64,000 bases of DNA from Macrostomum hystrix (lineage: Eukaryota > Animalia > Platyhelminthes), in assembly GCA_950097015.1 (NCBI GenBank), contig CATNEN010000003.1, positions 8,432,001-8,496,000 of the forward strand, read 5' to 3'. Shown here in pieces: positions 1 through 14,765 of this stretch. The notes below the pieces were generated by a model. The model was not told the origin of the DNA, made no database searches, and saw only the letters and a program-made list of their open reading frames with translations. Position 1 is the stretch's first letter. Every line of letters starts with the position of its first letter. A program made the position numbers and the translations under genes.

Positions 1-37
1 AATATTTAGATTTTATTGACCCAAATTTCCGCAGCAA

Positions 38-409
38 ATGGACAGCATGATGCGCAAGCGATTCCCGGTGTACCTCAACCGGCTGCAGCAGCAGTCTGTG
101 GCCACACAGTCGAGTGCAAGAGGGAAGCCGACGTCATCCGCGTGCCATCTATTCGTTTCCGAATCTGTGCCCGACAATGCTACGTTGTCGTTTGGCAGCC
201 AACGCACTGGCGCAATTGATCACCACTTTGGAGCTCTGTTACTGCATCAGGAGCGGAAAATGCAGCTAGCAAATAGCGATAAGCATCATGCTAATTATTT
301 GCAAAAGCGTAAACAGGTACCCTCGAGGACCGCCAGTTTTGACAAAGCGGCCAGTTTTTTCTACAGTCGAGGTTATTCTAATCACACATTGGCGGCGAAA
401 AAGTTTTAG
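38..409 (+). CDS. Possible small gene or terminal exon, unknown product (123 aa)
   Basis: GC-richer ORF preceded by an acceptor-like ttccgcag just before the ATG and followed by AT-rich sequence; no family recognised. Confidence 0.3.
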   Translation: MDSMMRKRFPVYLNRLQQQSVATQSSARGKPTSSACHLFVSESVPDNATLSFGSQRTGAIDHHFGALLLHQERKMQLANSDKHHANYLQKRKQVPSRTASFDKAASFFYSRGYSNHTLAAKKF

Positions 410-982
410 TTTAATTAATTTGATCGTCTTAATTGTTGGGGGCACCAGACAGATTGATGCTTCGAACTGCAGCGCACGTGGTTTTCAATCGACAATCAAC
501 AAGTTTTGGTTTGTTTATTTTCAAACAAGCTTCACTGCTGTGTCGATGCCTAAACGTTAATTTAATTTTAAAAAATTAAATTTTAGTTTTCGTGGAAGCA
601 CGAAAACTCATTTTGTTTTATCAAAACAAAATTATGTTGATTAAAATGAAAAAAATTGGGTGGCATCGTTGGAAAATTATTTTAATTGCGTTTTTTATTT
701 GTGAAATTTCATAATTGCACGTGATCTGCAATATATGTATCAACCAGTATTAAATTTTCACTTTTACTATATATCAGATTGCAATCAGAGTTTTTCTTGG
801 AAGCAATAGATTTTCGATCAAAAAGTATATCGATCTAACAGTATTGATGGTCAGACGGTCTTTCGTACGTTGATCTGCAGCCTGACATTGCAAGTATAGC
901 CTTTGAGTTCATTCGGAAGTGAACGACAAAAAAGTGTCGGCATTGGCGAGAACTGAAAAAATTAACTGTACCTCGCCAGTGT

Positions 983-1556
983 GTGTCGACGCAGGACGCC
1001 AGAAAGGTCATGCAGAATTATCCGTTCGAGGGGCCATCCGACAGCAGATCTTGGTATTTCTGTAAAGTGACATCACAGACTGCACCAGCTAGCTGCTGGG
1101 ACTCCATAACATTAAGTACTCGATCAGTATATACCATGCAGCATCGCGTGCTACACAGCAGTGTGCGTGTTGCAGCCTTTGATGACGCAGCGCGGAGGCT
1201 GTGGATCTGCGAGATTGTTCCTCTATGGCGTCGAAACCCATTTTGCTCATGCTGCGTCCAGAACCTACTGCAACGAAGTTTTAATTATTAGTAGCATATT
1301 TGATATTAATAGTCAACCGTGTACGACATATGGCGATGCCACGGTTATTCTTTATTCGGGCTTTCAGGGATTTTTGGAAAATGGTAGGATGCGTGCGAAC
1401 ATCCACTCTTACGGCACGACGCCGGTGTTTAACACAGTGTTCATCAGCACAGGGTCCTGGCTTGCCACCTGTGGAATGCGCAGTGGCTTCTATATTGCAC
1501 GGATTGAACGGACTTCCATGCATGTCTGGAACATTTTCCTGCTTCAAAACTTTTAA
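983..1556 (+). pseudogene. Frameshifted PAN/apple-domain-like gene remnant
   Basis: Switching frames around 1120-1210 gives RSV/IPCSIACYTAVC/VAAFDDAARRLWIC, resembling the PAN C-x3-C...C-x-A-x-F...C pattern; no intact ORF. Confidence 0.3.
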
Positions 1557-4245
1557 CTGCTTTGCGTTTTTGCCAAGAATACTTATTCTTTGTAGATTTA
1601 TTCGCTTCTTTCATAAAAGATGCCGTGCTTGTTATCATCCATAAATTTTTGCGCGAAATTAAATTACATGCGTTTCTTATAATAACTTTACTGACTATGT
1701 GTCATTATTTGCCTCAGCCCTCAGACATTTTGACTAGTATGCCAGCTACGAATATTACCACTTTCTCTGAACCCAATTTAATGGTATTTTAATTTATTAC
1801 CAATTTTGTGTTGTTTTACATGTTCTACATTAGTTTTTCACTTCGAATGTAAAACTATGTAGACCCTCTGAGTCTCTGGCAATCGAAACTATTTCTACTA
1901 CTACTAGGGTAGTAGTCGCAGCATCGCTATCAGTCTATGACTGTACTAGATTTTCTATTGGCTTAACTTAATATAATAACATCTGTTTGTCTGCACCATA
2001 CATACATTATATTAGGCATACTACTAGGGTAATGTATCATCAACCGAACAGCTAGTGTATCTTCAAAACCGAACAAGAATTTTGACTCCTTCCTTGGTCT
2101 CGTGCAAGACAGAAACAAGCTATTGTGTTTCACAGAACAACTAATTTGAAAGTTAAAGAAATTATCTACAAGCTGAGGCATGATGTGCAATGAAGCATTA
2201 AGAGGAAAAAGATATATTGATGTTTCAGTAGAAATTTTTATTGCAAAAGCATACTTTTTAACAACATTTTTTCTGTATGTACTTTAGACGAAGATTGTAT
2301 GTGGTTGCTTGCCAATTAAATGACCATAAATGTAGTTATTTATAGAGCATGAAAAATGCTTTCAAATGACAAAATTCATGATAGATCACTCCGTAAAAAT
2401 AAGATTAAACCACTCACTCAAATAGTAAAACCAAACATCAAATTCTCTGTTTGGTTTGAAGATACATGAAAATCATTGTTTGGTTTTAGATAAAAAACAG
2501 GAATAACTTTTTTATATTTGACAAAATAGCAAAAGCAGATACCTTTTAGAAAGATGTAACTGTTTTCTATAACTTGGCTTTTGATTTATCATCATATCTT
2601 AATTAGAAAATCTGTAGCTTAGGTTTGAAGTTAAAAAAATACACATTCTTGTTTGGTTGATGATAGGGCCTACATTACCCTACAATCTACAAAGAATAAA
2701 ACTTGGCCTACAATAATCAAGAAATATTATTTTAGATTCTTATATTTATCTTTCTTGATCAAGTTTCAGTCCAGATGGGCTCATCAACATTTTACTTAAT
2801 TTTTAGGAGTGAGCCTCATGTGTTGTTTTTTAAATTAAATTTTAGTGATGTTGGCAAATGTTTAGGATAGGCTCTAGAATAGAATGCCAACAACAAAATT
2901 ATACTTATAGTAGTTCAGTTTTGTTTGTTAAATATGGCTTGCTATAAATGGCTCATTTTATATTATTATAGGCCTAAAGTTGACGTTTCAGGTTGATAGA
3001 ACCTAACCTTAAGAGTTTATCATCTATTTAGAATAGGCCTAGCTATACTAGGCCTATATATTATTACACAGTCAAAAGAAAAAAAGGTTACAATCATTAG
3101 AAAAGGCAGGCACTAAATATATTTTAATATTTAGTTCAATTCTTTACATCCTTCATGTATGTAGCTATAGATTTAGCTAAAATGTAGTAAAATTTATAAA
3201 TATAGAAAATAATTATTTTTTGCTTTGTCCAAAACTTTCATCCTAGCAACTTTCTATAGAATAGTTCTTAGAGCATACTCTACATAAATGTTTATAAAGT
3301 ATATTTAATCTATATGTAAGAATTATATATAGGCCTATAATTATAAAATTTCTAAAGTACAAAGAATGTATGCTATGACACATTTTTTGGTGTACATCTG
3401 CTTTTGCAAGACTCCAATAATGGCTCCCAATGTTCCATAGGAGCAAAGATATTTTCAATTAATCAAGGATTTTAAACCATTTTTCTGCTTTTAACTTCAA
3501 GATTTGTCTTGGCATATTGGAAGGGACTTGCAGTATAATAGAGTGGACTGGGTTTGAATTGGAATCCCATAAACTGAATGGTTTTTTTTAAACTAAAAAG
3601 CTGTTTTGCTGAAGCATATTATCATATTTGTATTGTATAAATTTCAGTAATAAATTATCCTGGTCAATTATTAAAATTCTAAAATATTAAAAACAAAAGT
3701 TAGGAGTTTTTCACACAACTATATTATATATAGCTGCATATAAAAAGGTTAAAAAATTCTCTCATTTAAGAAATAGTTCTGTAAACTTTGTTGCAGTTTT
3801 GTCAAAGAGTTGCTATTGCTAAACAGCTGTTGAAAAATTTAATGCTTGCCTATCTTCCATATGTGCTTTCATAACATCCTCATTTTAGTGCTTCTAATCA
3901 GCTAAATGAGCTTAGGATTGACAGGAAGAAATTCAACTTTAGACACAATTGAGATTGCCAAAGAAAGTGTCTCTATTGGGTCTATTGTTGGGGAGATATT
4001 TGAGAAAAACTGATGCTTTTGTTGCCCTTGTGTAAATAAGATAGATCTTAGCTATTAATGATTTATTTAGAAATATATATATATTATTAAGTTTTAAGTT
4101 ATGCCGCAGTAGTTTTAAAATGCTAGATACTACTACTAAACATTAATAGGAGCCTCAGCAAAAAGCATTTTAAAGATTTTAACTTTCTAGCCTAAATTTA
4201 AATTTTGATTCACATATAGCAAAATTTCAGCTAGCTTTCAATTGA

Positions 4246-6241
<1,996 letters not shown>

Positions 6242-6349
6242 TGAGATCAGATTTAAGCTTTGTCTTGTTGACGTGGTCGATTTGGGAGGTGGCTGGGAGA
6301 GCCAACCAATGAATACTTAAAGGAGTGGGGTGGGGCGGCTGAAGTCAAC

Positions 6350-6758
6350 CAATGATGACTCGCGGGTCTTAGATGGGGGCAGGTGGCAGAGGCCAGCCAA
6401 TGAAAACCCGATGGAGTTAGATGGGGGCGGGTGGAGAGACCAGCCAATGAAAACCCGATGGAGTTAGATGGGGGCGGGTGGCAGAGACCAGCCAATGAAA
6501 ACCCGATGGAGTTAGATGGGGGCGGGTGGCAGAGACCAGCCAATGAAAACCCGATGGAGTTAGATGGGGGCGGGTGGCAGAGACTAGCCAATGAAAACCC
6601 GATGGAGTTAGATGGGGGCGGGTGGCAAAGGCCAGCCAATAAAAACTCGAGGGAGTTAGATGGGGGTAGGTGGCAAAGGCCAGCCAATGAAAACCCGGGG
6701 AGTTAGATAAGGGTAGGTGGCAGAGCCCAGCCAATGAAAACCCTAGGGAGTGGGGTGG
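6350..6758 (+). repeat. 48-bp G-rich minisatellite (~8 units), with remnants continuing at 19563-19606 and 20705-20850
   Basis: Unit gagttagatgggggcgggtggcagagaccagccaatgaaaacccgatg; same motif reappears after each inserted element. Confidence 0.9.
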
Positions 6759-7836
6759 GGTGCACCAATGACGAACAGCAAAAAATCTGACGCTGCGAAA
6801 ATTCCACGAAAAAACTGAAAAAACGATGCTATGCATCCTATGAGAACGAAATAAAATTGGGTGTGACACAGATAGCACAAAATCGTAACCCTAACCCTAA
6901 TCATCCTGGCCCGTGTTTCAAGCCTGTCTTTACAATAAAAGACAGCAAAAAGCGCATAGCGCTGAGTTATAACACAGGAATTTCGACATAAGATAATAAT
7001 AATAAGTTCCATAAATGCGTAATTCCGATCAAGAAAAAAATACTATTCTCATACCATACTCATACTCATAAAGGTAACTGCAGCCGAGACAAGATCCTTG
7101 CAACATGAAAAAAATACGAAATGCAAAACTAATGTCAGTAATGGCTTAGTGCGCAGAGTCTATCCAAGCCATCCGAGGTTGCTCGTCAATATATTTACTT
7201 TTCAGAAAGACTGCCCATCAGAGGAAATTGTATTACTGAGTAGAGATGTTTAAATAGTTTAAATTTCAGTAGATTGGCAACAAGTCTGAGGACGATTTAT
7301 CTAAGAAAATTCCTCCTCTCGTAGTCAACCAACTAACAGGGTAAGTAATTTGCAATGACAAGTACAACAATGATTTACTGACGACAGTCTAAAGCTATAA
7401 TGTATTTGGCCTGCCCTTCAGCTGCTCAAAGAGACGCGTCAGATTTTACTACCTCAGATTTAGAAACATTGTCTTATTCTTACTAGCAAATTGCTAAAAC
7501 TGCTACTGCTGAGTAGTGTCAAGCGAGTGATGCGTCTTTGCGACAAAGCTTCTACAATAAAAAAAAATTTACTAAAGGTTAAAGAAAAAGAACTAAAAAA
7601 CCAAATCTGTCCCCATAGTGGGCAGCAAAAAGTAGAATTGCAAAAGTCAAAAACGCAGACGACATTATGCATTGCAGACAGCACCGCAAAATAGTAGACT
7701 TTCAAAGCTTAACACAGGGCACTTTCGAGTAGAGTCGCTCGTCTGATTGTACGCTGCAACAAGGTCGCTAGGTTTATCGTCAACCGGTCTATTGCCAGAG
7801 TGAAATTCCTTGGCCTTGCCAATCTTGACCTACATT

Positions 7837-9776
7837 CTAGTGGGCAGTGTTAGACATAAATTTCTTGTCTGCGATGGTGAGCTTTTGTTTTTGGGTCTGC
7901 CAGTAATTTGGACTTCTTCGTCCGAAATAGATGCGTCGAGATCGACATACAGTGCATTTTCTCTTTCGTTTCTTAATCATCGGCGTACTGACCACCGTGC
8001 CACTGTTGGACAGCGGTGACTGAGGCACATCTTCGCTTTCCTGGTTCTGACCAGCTTGACCACTTGGACTACTGATCGCATTGAAGCTGTGCGACATCAG
8101 CTTCGTGACTTCGATGGCTTTGGAACATTGTCACTCATTTCACTAGTTTGACTATTATCAAGAGCGATATTAAATGTTGATGCTAATGCGGATTTGGCGG
8201 CTCTGGCATATGTACTCGACTTCGCCATATGAGATTTAAGAGCGACAGCACGAGTATGGTTCATACCATAGTTTACTAGTGCTTGCTTCTCGCCATCATT
8301 TATCTCTCTACTTTTGGTTTCCATAAAATGACGAAGATTGTTTGCCGTTAGATGCTTAATTGAATCAATAGATGAGCACATTTTTCGATTTTGTCTTAAG
8401 AATGTTGAAAACGAGTGGTCTCTGGCGTCAAAATGAAAAAAATGATATTTAGGCCCGGCACCGGACTGCAACCGATGCTTACCATAGGCAAGAAGCAAGT
8501 CTTTGATCTCTTCAACACAGAGACAGGTCCAAAAGATGCAGTTTTGAAACACTTTAAAAAGAGGTTCCTTGTCGCGGCTTGCTTTCGCCTTCCAACTGAC
8601 AAATTCTCCGATTGTTGCGTTGGAAACTACATCAGCTCGGTTGAAATTGCTTCGTGAAAACATAAAACTCAGTCCCAGAAAAAAGACACGCATCGGACTG
8701 GACATCAGCTTCAGCCAGGCTCTTCAGTGACTGGATGCCGTCAAAGAAGACGCGAATCTCCTCAGCGAAAAGAACATTCTCATCCAGTTTTAATCTCGCG
8801 CTGTTTCTGCATGCTTTTTGCCCTGTAAGCGAGATTTCCCGTAGCTCTCGCATGTCGCCTGAAATGAATCCAGCTCTGCCGACATGTCGATGTTTTCAAT
8901 AAGCTTGTTGAATCGTGACTTGAGGTAAATGCACAGTCGTGATAATGCAGTGCCATACGACTTGCATGCGTCGGAAAAATTTTTACTTTTTTCGGTCAAG
9001 AATGATGTAATTGTGTGCCTCTTTTGTTCCTTCACAGCGTCCAATAGACACTCGGTGCCAATGTGCACCATGATTGCGGATAAGCTTCGTCGCAGTTGCT
9101 GAGCCGTGCTCAAGACACTTTTCGTTCCTTCGTAGCCTCTCTTTCTTGGAAGCCTTTGCAGCCCACGATTCTTCGACTTGCTTGGCGACTTGCTTTACTT
9201 TTTTCCACCTTTATTACTTTATCCGCATCAGAATGCGACTGCTATGCCAAAATCTAAGATGACTCAACAGATAACTGGTTGGGCTGTTGCACAGCGGACA
9301 GATGATATCGGTGGACGATGAAGTAAAATTTTTCACTCCCCTGTAAGACTTCTGGAAAATTCAATTGTAGCCTTTTCTGGACGATATTCGTCTGCGTGAT
9401 AACGCTGAAAGTGTTCTGTAAATCGAGACTGCGAACTAATTTGCGATTCGTCGAATGGGCAAATATAATCATTGCCTTGTCTGTCGTTTTTCTGTTTTGG
9501 CTTAGCGGCATCCGTGATATCAGCCTTTTGAATAATTGGCTTATTATGCTTATGGAGCAACTCTCGGATGTCATTACCTGATCTAATCATGAAATGTTGC
9601 GCGATCCGTGATTCCTTTATTATATGTTGAGGATCAAGGTAGCATACAAAATCGCAACCACGACGTGAAATATTTTTCGAATTACTGTCGGACACAACTG
9701 ATACAGGCTCATTTGGCTTTTCATTCAGAGTTTCTGAGCCGCCACAGCCAGAAATAATGGCACTGCCATCAAGAAG
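7837..9776 (-). pseudogene. C2H2 zinc-finger plus tyrosine recombinase gene, multiply frameshifted
   Basis: Fingers CPFDESQISSQSRFTEHFQRYH and CPLCNSPTSYLLSHLRFWH; YR-like motifs in order: NFNRADVV (R), CFKTASFG (K), LTANNLRH (HxxR-like), MNHTRAVALKSH (H, then expected catalytic Y read as H, CAT). Confidence 0.7.
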
Positions 9777-11332
9777 CTAAAGAAACCCACTAGTAACATT
9801 CCTTGTGGAACTGGACGCTGCGAAGGAATGGCATGAAACAAGTCCCATGATGCTGGGAATGCAATGCAATAGATAGGAGTCAACCATTTTTTCTTTAACA
9901 AAAGCTAGAACCCTTTTTTAACTTATAGCTATAGCATCGACTTTTATATTCCATTTCTAAGCCTTGTAGTTTTTATATAGACACTAAGAACTAAAAATCT
10001 AGTGTATTTGTAGCAGGCCTCTGAGCTCTCTCTTTTATCTCACCATTGTTACTAAGTTGTTGTAGGGCTAGCCCTAGATGACAATGAATTGCTGTTTCTT
10101 ACCAGATCTGACTTGAGTTTCTGTGAAAGAACACGCAAGAACGTAGCAGATATGCACTATTCAAATACATAGGCGATCTTGCAAGATCTGCTGACAAGAT
10201 CTTAGCATATCTTAGAGATAAGATCATGTAAGATCTGCTTAGTCTTGCATGATATGATGGGATTCTTGCATGATCTTAAAGATCTTAGCCGTAGACCTTG
10301 CATGTAATTCTGGCCAGATCTGCAGGCTTTGTAAGGACCAGATAGGAAAATATCATGAACTTCTGTGCTAATGTAAATGCTTCTTACACAAATCAGTCAT
10401 TCTAATCTAGCAACATCTTTTGATCTAGGGGGCAAGGCCTGGCTTCTGGTTGTCCCAGGGGTCGGAACCCATAACGGCAGCTTCAAATTTAGTCTTGCTT
10501 AGCCAGGGTTACATCAATATTTAATAAGCAAATAAAACGAACACTTCTCATAACAAACATTCAATTTCATGTCATTTCAATGTGGCCATCTTTCTTAGAA
10601 TAATCAGCTAAATTGAGCTGAAACATGACGCACACTACACATAATGTTTATTAGATTACGGCCTTATTAGGTCTATTAGATTAGAAAATATGATTGCAGT
10701 TGCAGTTATTAGAAATTAGAGAAGCAGCACTACTAAAGCATACATTATTCAGACTTCTGACATTGACAGCTGGCTTTAGAGTAGAAAGTGATAAAAGTAG
10801 CACAAAAATAGGCAAGTGTAATAGACAAGGAAAACAAAATTTAAACGGGCAGTTACTGTAGAAGTAGAAGTAAAAATGTGAACACAAGCATCACCTAGCG
10901 AATACAAACGTCTTGAGAATATAGAGAATAAGTAAATTATGAGTCCAGTTTCGTGCAGCATTTCCAAACTAGCGCAGCTGATCTCGCTAAAATCTGGCAA
11001 CAAGGGCTTTCATATTTTTTCGAATAAGAGGTAGCCACAATTGTAAGGACAATCATTTCAATGCTTTAACTATAATCAAATAATAAGCTTTGAAAAGCGA
11101 TATAGTTTCCCACATGAATGCAAGAGTGCAACTACCAACAGATATTATATATCGTAAGTTTTCTTAATGTCTATAAGGCTATATACAGTAAGTAATAACT
11201 TAAACTATGGGCCCATAGTTGACAGGAATAAGGGGTTAGAAGCAGTCATTCGAGCAGGCACTCTTCTCTTACTTAAATTGCGCCACGCTTAATGGAGATA
11301 GTGAATATTGAATGTTATGCATAGCCGGCGTA

Positions 11333-13700
11333 CTAATCGTGCTCACAGCAGCTCAGAATTGGAACAAGACAGAATTTTTCTTTGTTTTTGATGATTAGGC
11401 ACTTTTGGAAATTCTCTGTGAGTCCTAAACTTATGGACGCAGGACTGACTTGGAAGCTTTCCTCGTAAGCCTGCTTTGTGACGTAAAACTGATTTGGCGG
11501 CTCGCTTGATTGTATGCAGATCGGAGAAATGTGCACAACCTGGTTCGCGTGATCAACAGTCCTTATTATGCCGAAGGATCGGTCAGCGTACTTGACAATA
11601 AAGCTCACTGTATTCCCCTTCCTAGGGCAATCGAAGCAACGAAAAACTTGTGTGCCATTTGAAAAAGAATGTTGGTTTGGTGACTCCTTCACATGCACGT
11701 CTAAAATCTGGAGCGGCTGATCAATATTATGAAGATGCAAGTACGACCGAAGAATAGACCGAAGACAAAATTTGCCTACTATTTGACGCGGATGAAAGCG
11801 TGTACCTTGGATGAAGCCTTTGAACATATGCATTCTGGACTCAAAGGAAAAGAGAGATGCTTTATCGACGCTGCCGAAATCCTGCATCTGCTCTGGCAAA
11901 TGCAAAAGTAAGTGTACATTCAAGGTCTGGAAGCGTTTGGGACAGCTGCGATCCAAATACAGCAAGAAAGTACGCGTTCGTTACCTTGCTACTCTTGCTA
12001 CTTCGTAGTCGGTAGAGTAAAAACTGTGTAACATCGATTCCATTGACTTGAAAAGAATTTTTTGATCGTCAGAGCGCAAATAGGAAAGCAGGAGTGGCGA
12101 CGTAAGATAAAGGCTGAAATTCTTAAAATCAAAATCATGCGCCCTCCATGATGAAAACGTGGCATCCAGCGGCTTAAATCTTGGCATATCTTGAGGAACA
12201 GGCTGTTCTAGTATGCGACGGTTAAGTGACTCAAGAGCATGTCGGCCTAATAGATCCTTTACAGCGTACTTCAGCAACTTTTTTACGATCCCTTCGTACA
12301 ACATGTGCATTGTGTCTAAAATGATATTAGTAGGCAACTGAACGACAGAAGAAAGTAGCGAAACAGATTTTATGCCGAAGACCGTCTCTTTTCCTGCCTG
12401 GTCTGCAGCGCGAGCGCATTCCTGAAAATCGTCGACCGTCCGAAGTGGGAAGTTGTTACTGATCCCATAAATCATTATATTGCCGCCCTTTTCGGTTCTG
12501 ATGCTATTGCCAGGATCTACACACTTTGGGCACGCGAAAAAGCCATTATGTGGGTTCATTTTAATAACGCTAGCCAGAGCAGGTAGATCGCAAATTACAT
12601 GCGAAAGTGAAAGTGATATGGAAAGTCTCATTGTAGACGCGGAATCTACACGGATGCTCCATGAACAGGGTATTTTCTTCAATAAACAGCCAAAAATCGC
12701 ATCAAATCTAGGCTTCGACTTAGAGCTCCAAAGGCCGAGAAGAATTGTACAGCTTTTTGACTGCCGCAGGCGAGGGCTGAGATTTAACATGGTTGCTTGA
12801 ATGGGCCACATTGAATCAGATTTTGTGTTGTAAAAGCAAGCGCTGTCAGCATTCACTAGCAGATGAATCTCAAAGGGTGACTTCATACGCTCAACTCGCG
12901 AAGTCAAAACGTCGTGATAACCATTTCTCATCAGCTGAAAGTGCTTTTCTATGTCCTTGTAAAAGAACTTAATAATGACAGTAACCTGGCGCTCAACATC
13001 GATGGAGTAAAATTCGCCGTACGCACTACCACTGCACACACAACTAGAACGCAGACGGGAACAAGTCAGACACACTTCAAAGCAGCTCACCCACGCCCTG
13101 GAATCCTCGATTTCAGAATAAACTGTTCCCTTCAAAGTCCTGGAATCAACTGGGAAATTGGCCCCAAACAAGTTGGCTAGCTTTAGATTTCTCTCAAGCG
13201 CTACTTTGGTCATGTTGCACGAAATTTGCAGAAGAAGGAAAGCCGCAGCAAATACAATTCGCTTGTTGCAACCAGAGGGGACCTTCTTAAACAAAGTCAA
13301 CTGTTCCTCGAAGCTTACATCAGCTCCATGGTCGAAGTCTTCGTCTTCGCGTTCGTAGGCCTTAGTCCGGTTGTCCGGTTCTTTAGTCCGGCTGTCCGGT
13401 TCCTTAGTCCGAATGTCGTCAGCTCCAGAGTCCTCCGCGAGTTGACCGCCACCGAAGGTTGCAGCCTGCGATAAAAAGCGAGGGCAAAAAATTAATTTAG
13501 TTTTTGTGTTATACAATCATTTGCAGAAAAGAGGAAAATGAAACAAAGAGAGAAGAAACACTTACAGAATTAGGATTGACCGGCTTCTTAGGTCCAAGAC
13601 TCGTTACAGACTGGTCCTGGCTGTCGTCACAGTCTTGTGATTCCCACACGTACTCCGAAGTCGGCCGAGCACAGACTCGTTTGTAGCGCTGTGGAATCAT
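11333..13700 (-). pseudogene. CACTA/Mirage-type DDE transposase (exons 13700-13566 and 13465-11333), one in-frame TAA at 11981-11983
   Basis: Motifs VNADS...MWPIQ...NLSPRLR...LLGLWSSKSKP, CDLPA...HNGFFACPKC, DTMHMLYEG, NVHLLLHL...GS...SLFSFES; the two track ORFs are in the same frame. Confidence 0.88.
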
Positions 13701-14765
13701 CGTTGTTGTGGAAGCTGAAATTGTAAAATAGAGGGAATTGGAAACTGAAGTAAAATAGTACAAAATGAGGGTTGGGGAGTAAGTGGAAATGGAGGAGGGG
13801 AGGCAAGGGCACATGGGGTGAGCGAGGACACGAGGAGGGTTCAATGCGACGAGGGCTATGCACAACGGAGCAAGTGTACACAGAGGGGAACGAGAAGACA
13901 CCGAATTGAATTAGCTGCACAGGCTAGGCAATGTTACACATGAGCCCTCAACAGACACTAAACTGACTAACCACTACTCTACTCCTAACAGCGCCATAAT
14001 CATAATCGCCCGAACAGCGTATTGGACATTGGTCACTAACTTGGTTAATGCTAATTGAAAAAAGAACTAAAAACATTGCCCTCTAGTTGTAAATTCATTC
14101 CTTCTGGATAGAAATTTATCTTAATAGAATGACACAAAGAGCAACACCACATGACACACAGTCAACTATGTACTTTAAAGCAAGTCAAGTTACACAATGC
14201 ACAATGCAAGGGAAAATTGAGAAGGCCCTGGCCCCTTCAGCCACACTAATTTTCTGCCTTCAAATTACTTCAGTGAGTTGCAAAACATTTCATTCAAATG
14301 CAATTAATGCAGCATACTCATTTATACATTAAAATACAAGGTTAATGACTAATTAATGAATGCTTGATATGCAAAAAATATGGAGCAAAAAAAGCATCCA
14401 GTGACAGATCCAGGGTTGGGGCCACATTGGCTGTAGCCCATCCCATCCGATGACTAACCCCATGAGGGGTGCTAAGTCCCCCATTTTTGGATCCCTTGCC
14501 ATCTCATATAGGCTATTGCAGAGCATAACCCTTGCTCAAAAAAATTACATGCATTACATAATCATGTTCTTTTGAACTTTTGCATTTTCATTACCCAATA
14601 TTTCGATATGTAGCACACACAAAGCAACTTTCTGGGTCTGCCACTGTCAGAAGCCTTTGTTTTTATACTCCTCAGATTAAAAAAGACAACATGGAACAAT
14701 GTTACAATCCATGACGAAAAGCAACACACAAGAGTGTCACACACAAGAAGCTAGCAGTGACGCAA

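Noticed and set aside
6253-6878. Repetitive ORFs after JNK exon 4, and similar ones at 22096-22467
   Set aside because: Unit lengths of 48 and 30 bp are multiples of three, so open frames arise trivially.
6887-6900. Telomeric TAACCC repeats
   Set aside because: Only about two units inside the YR element end; too short to call an interstitial telomere.
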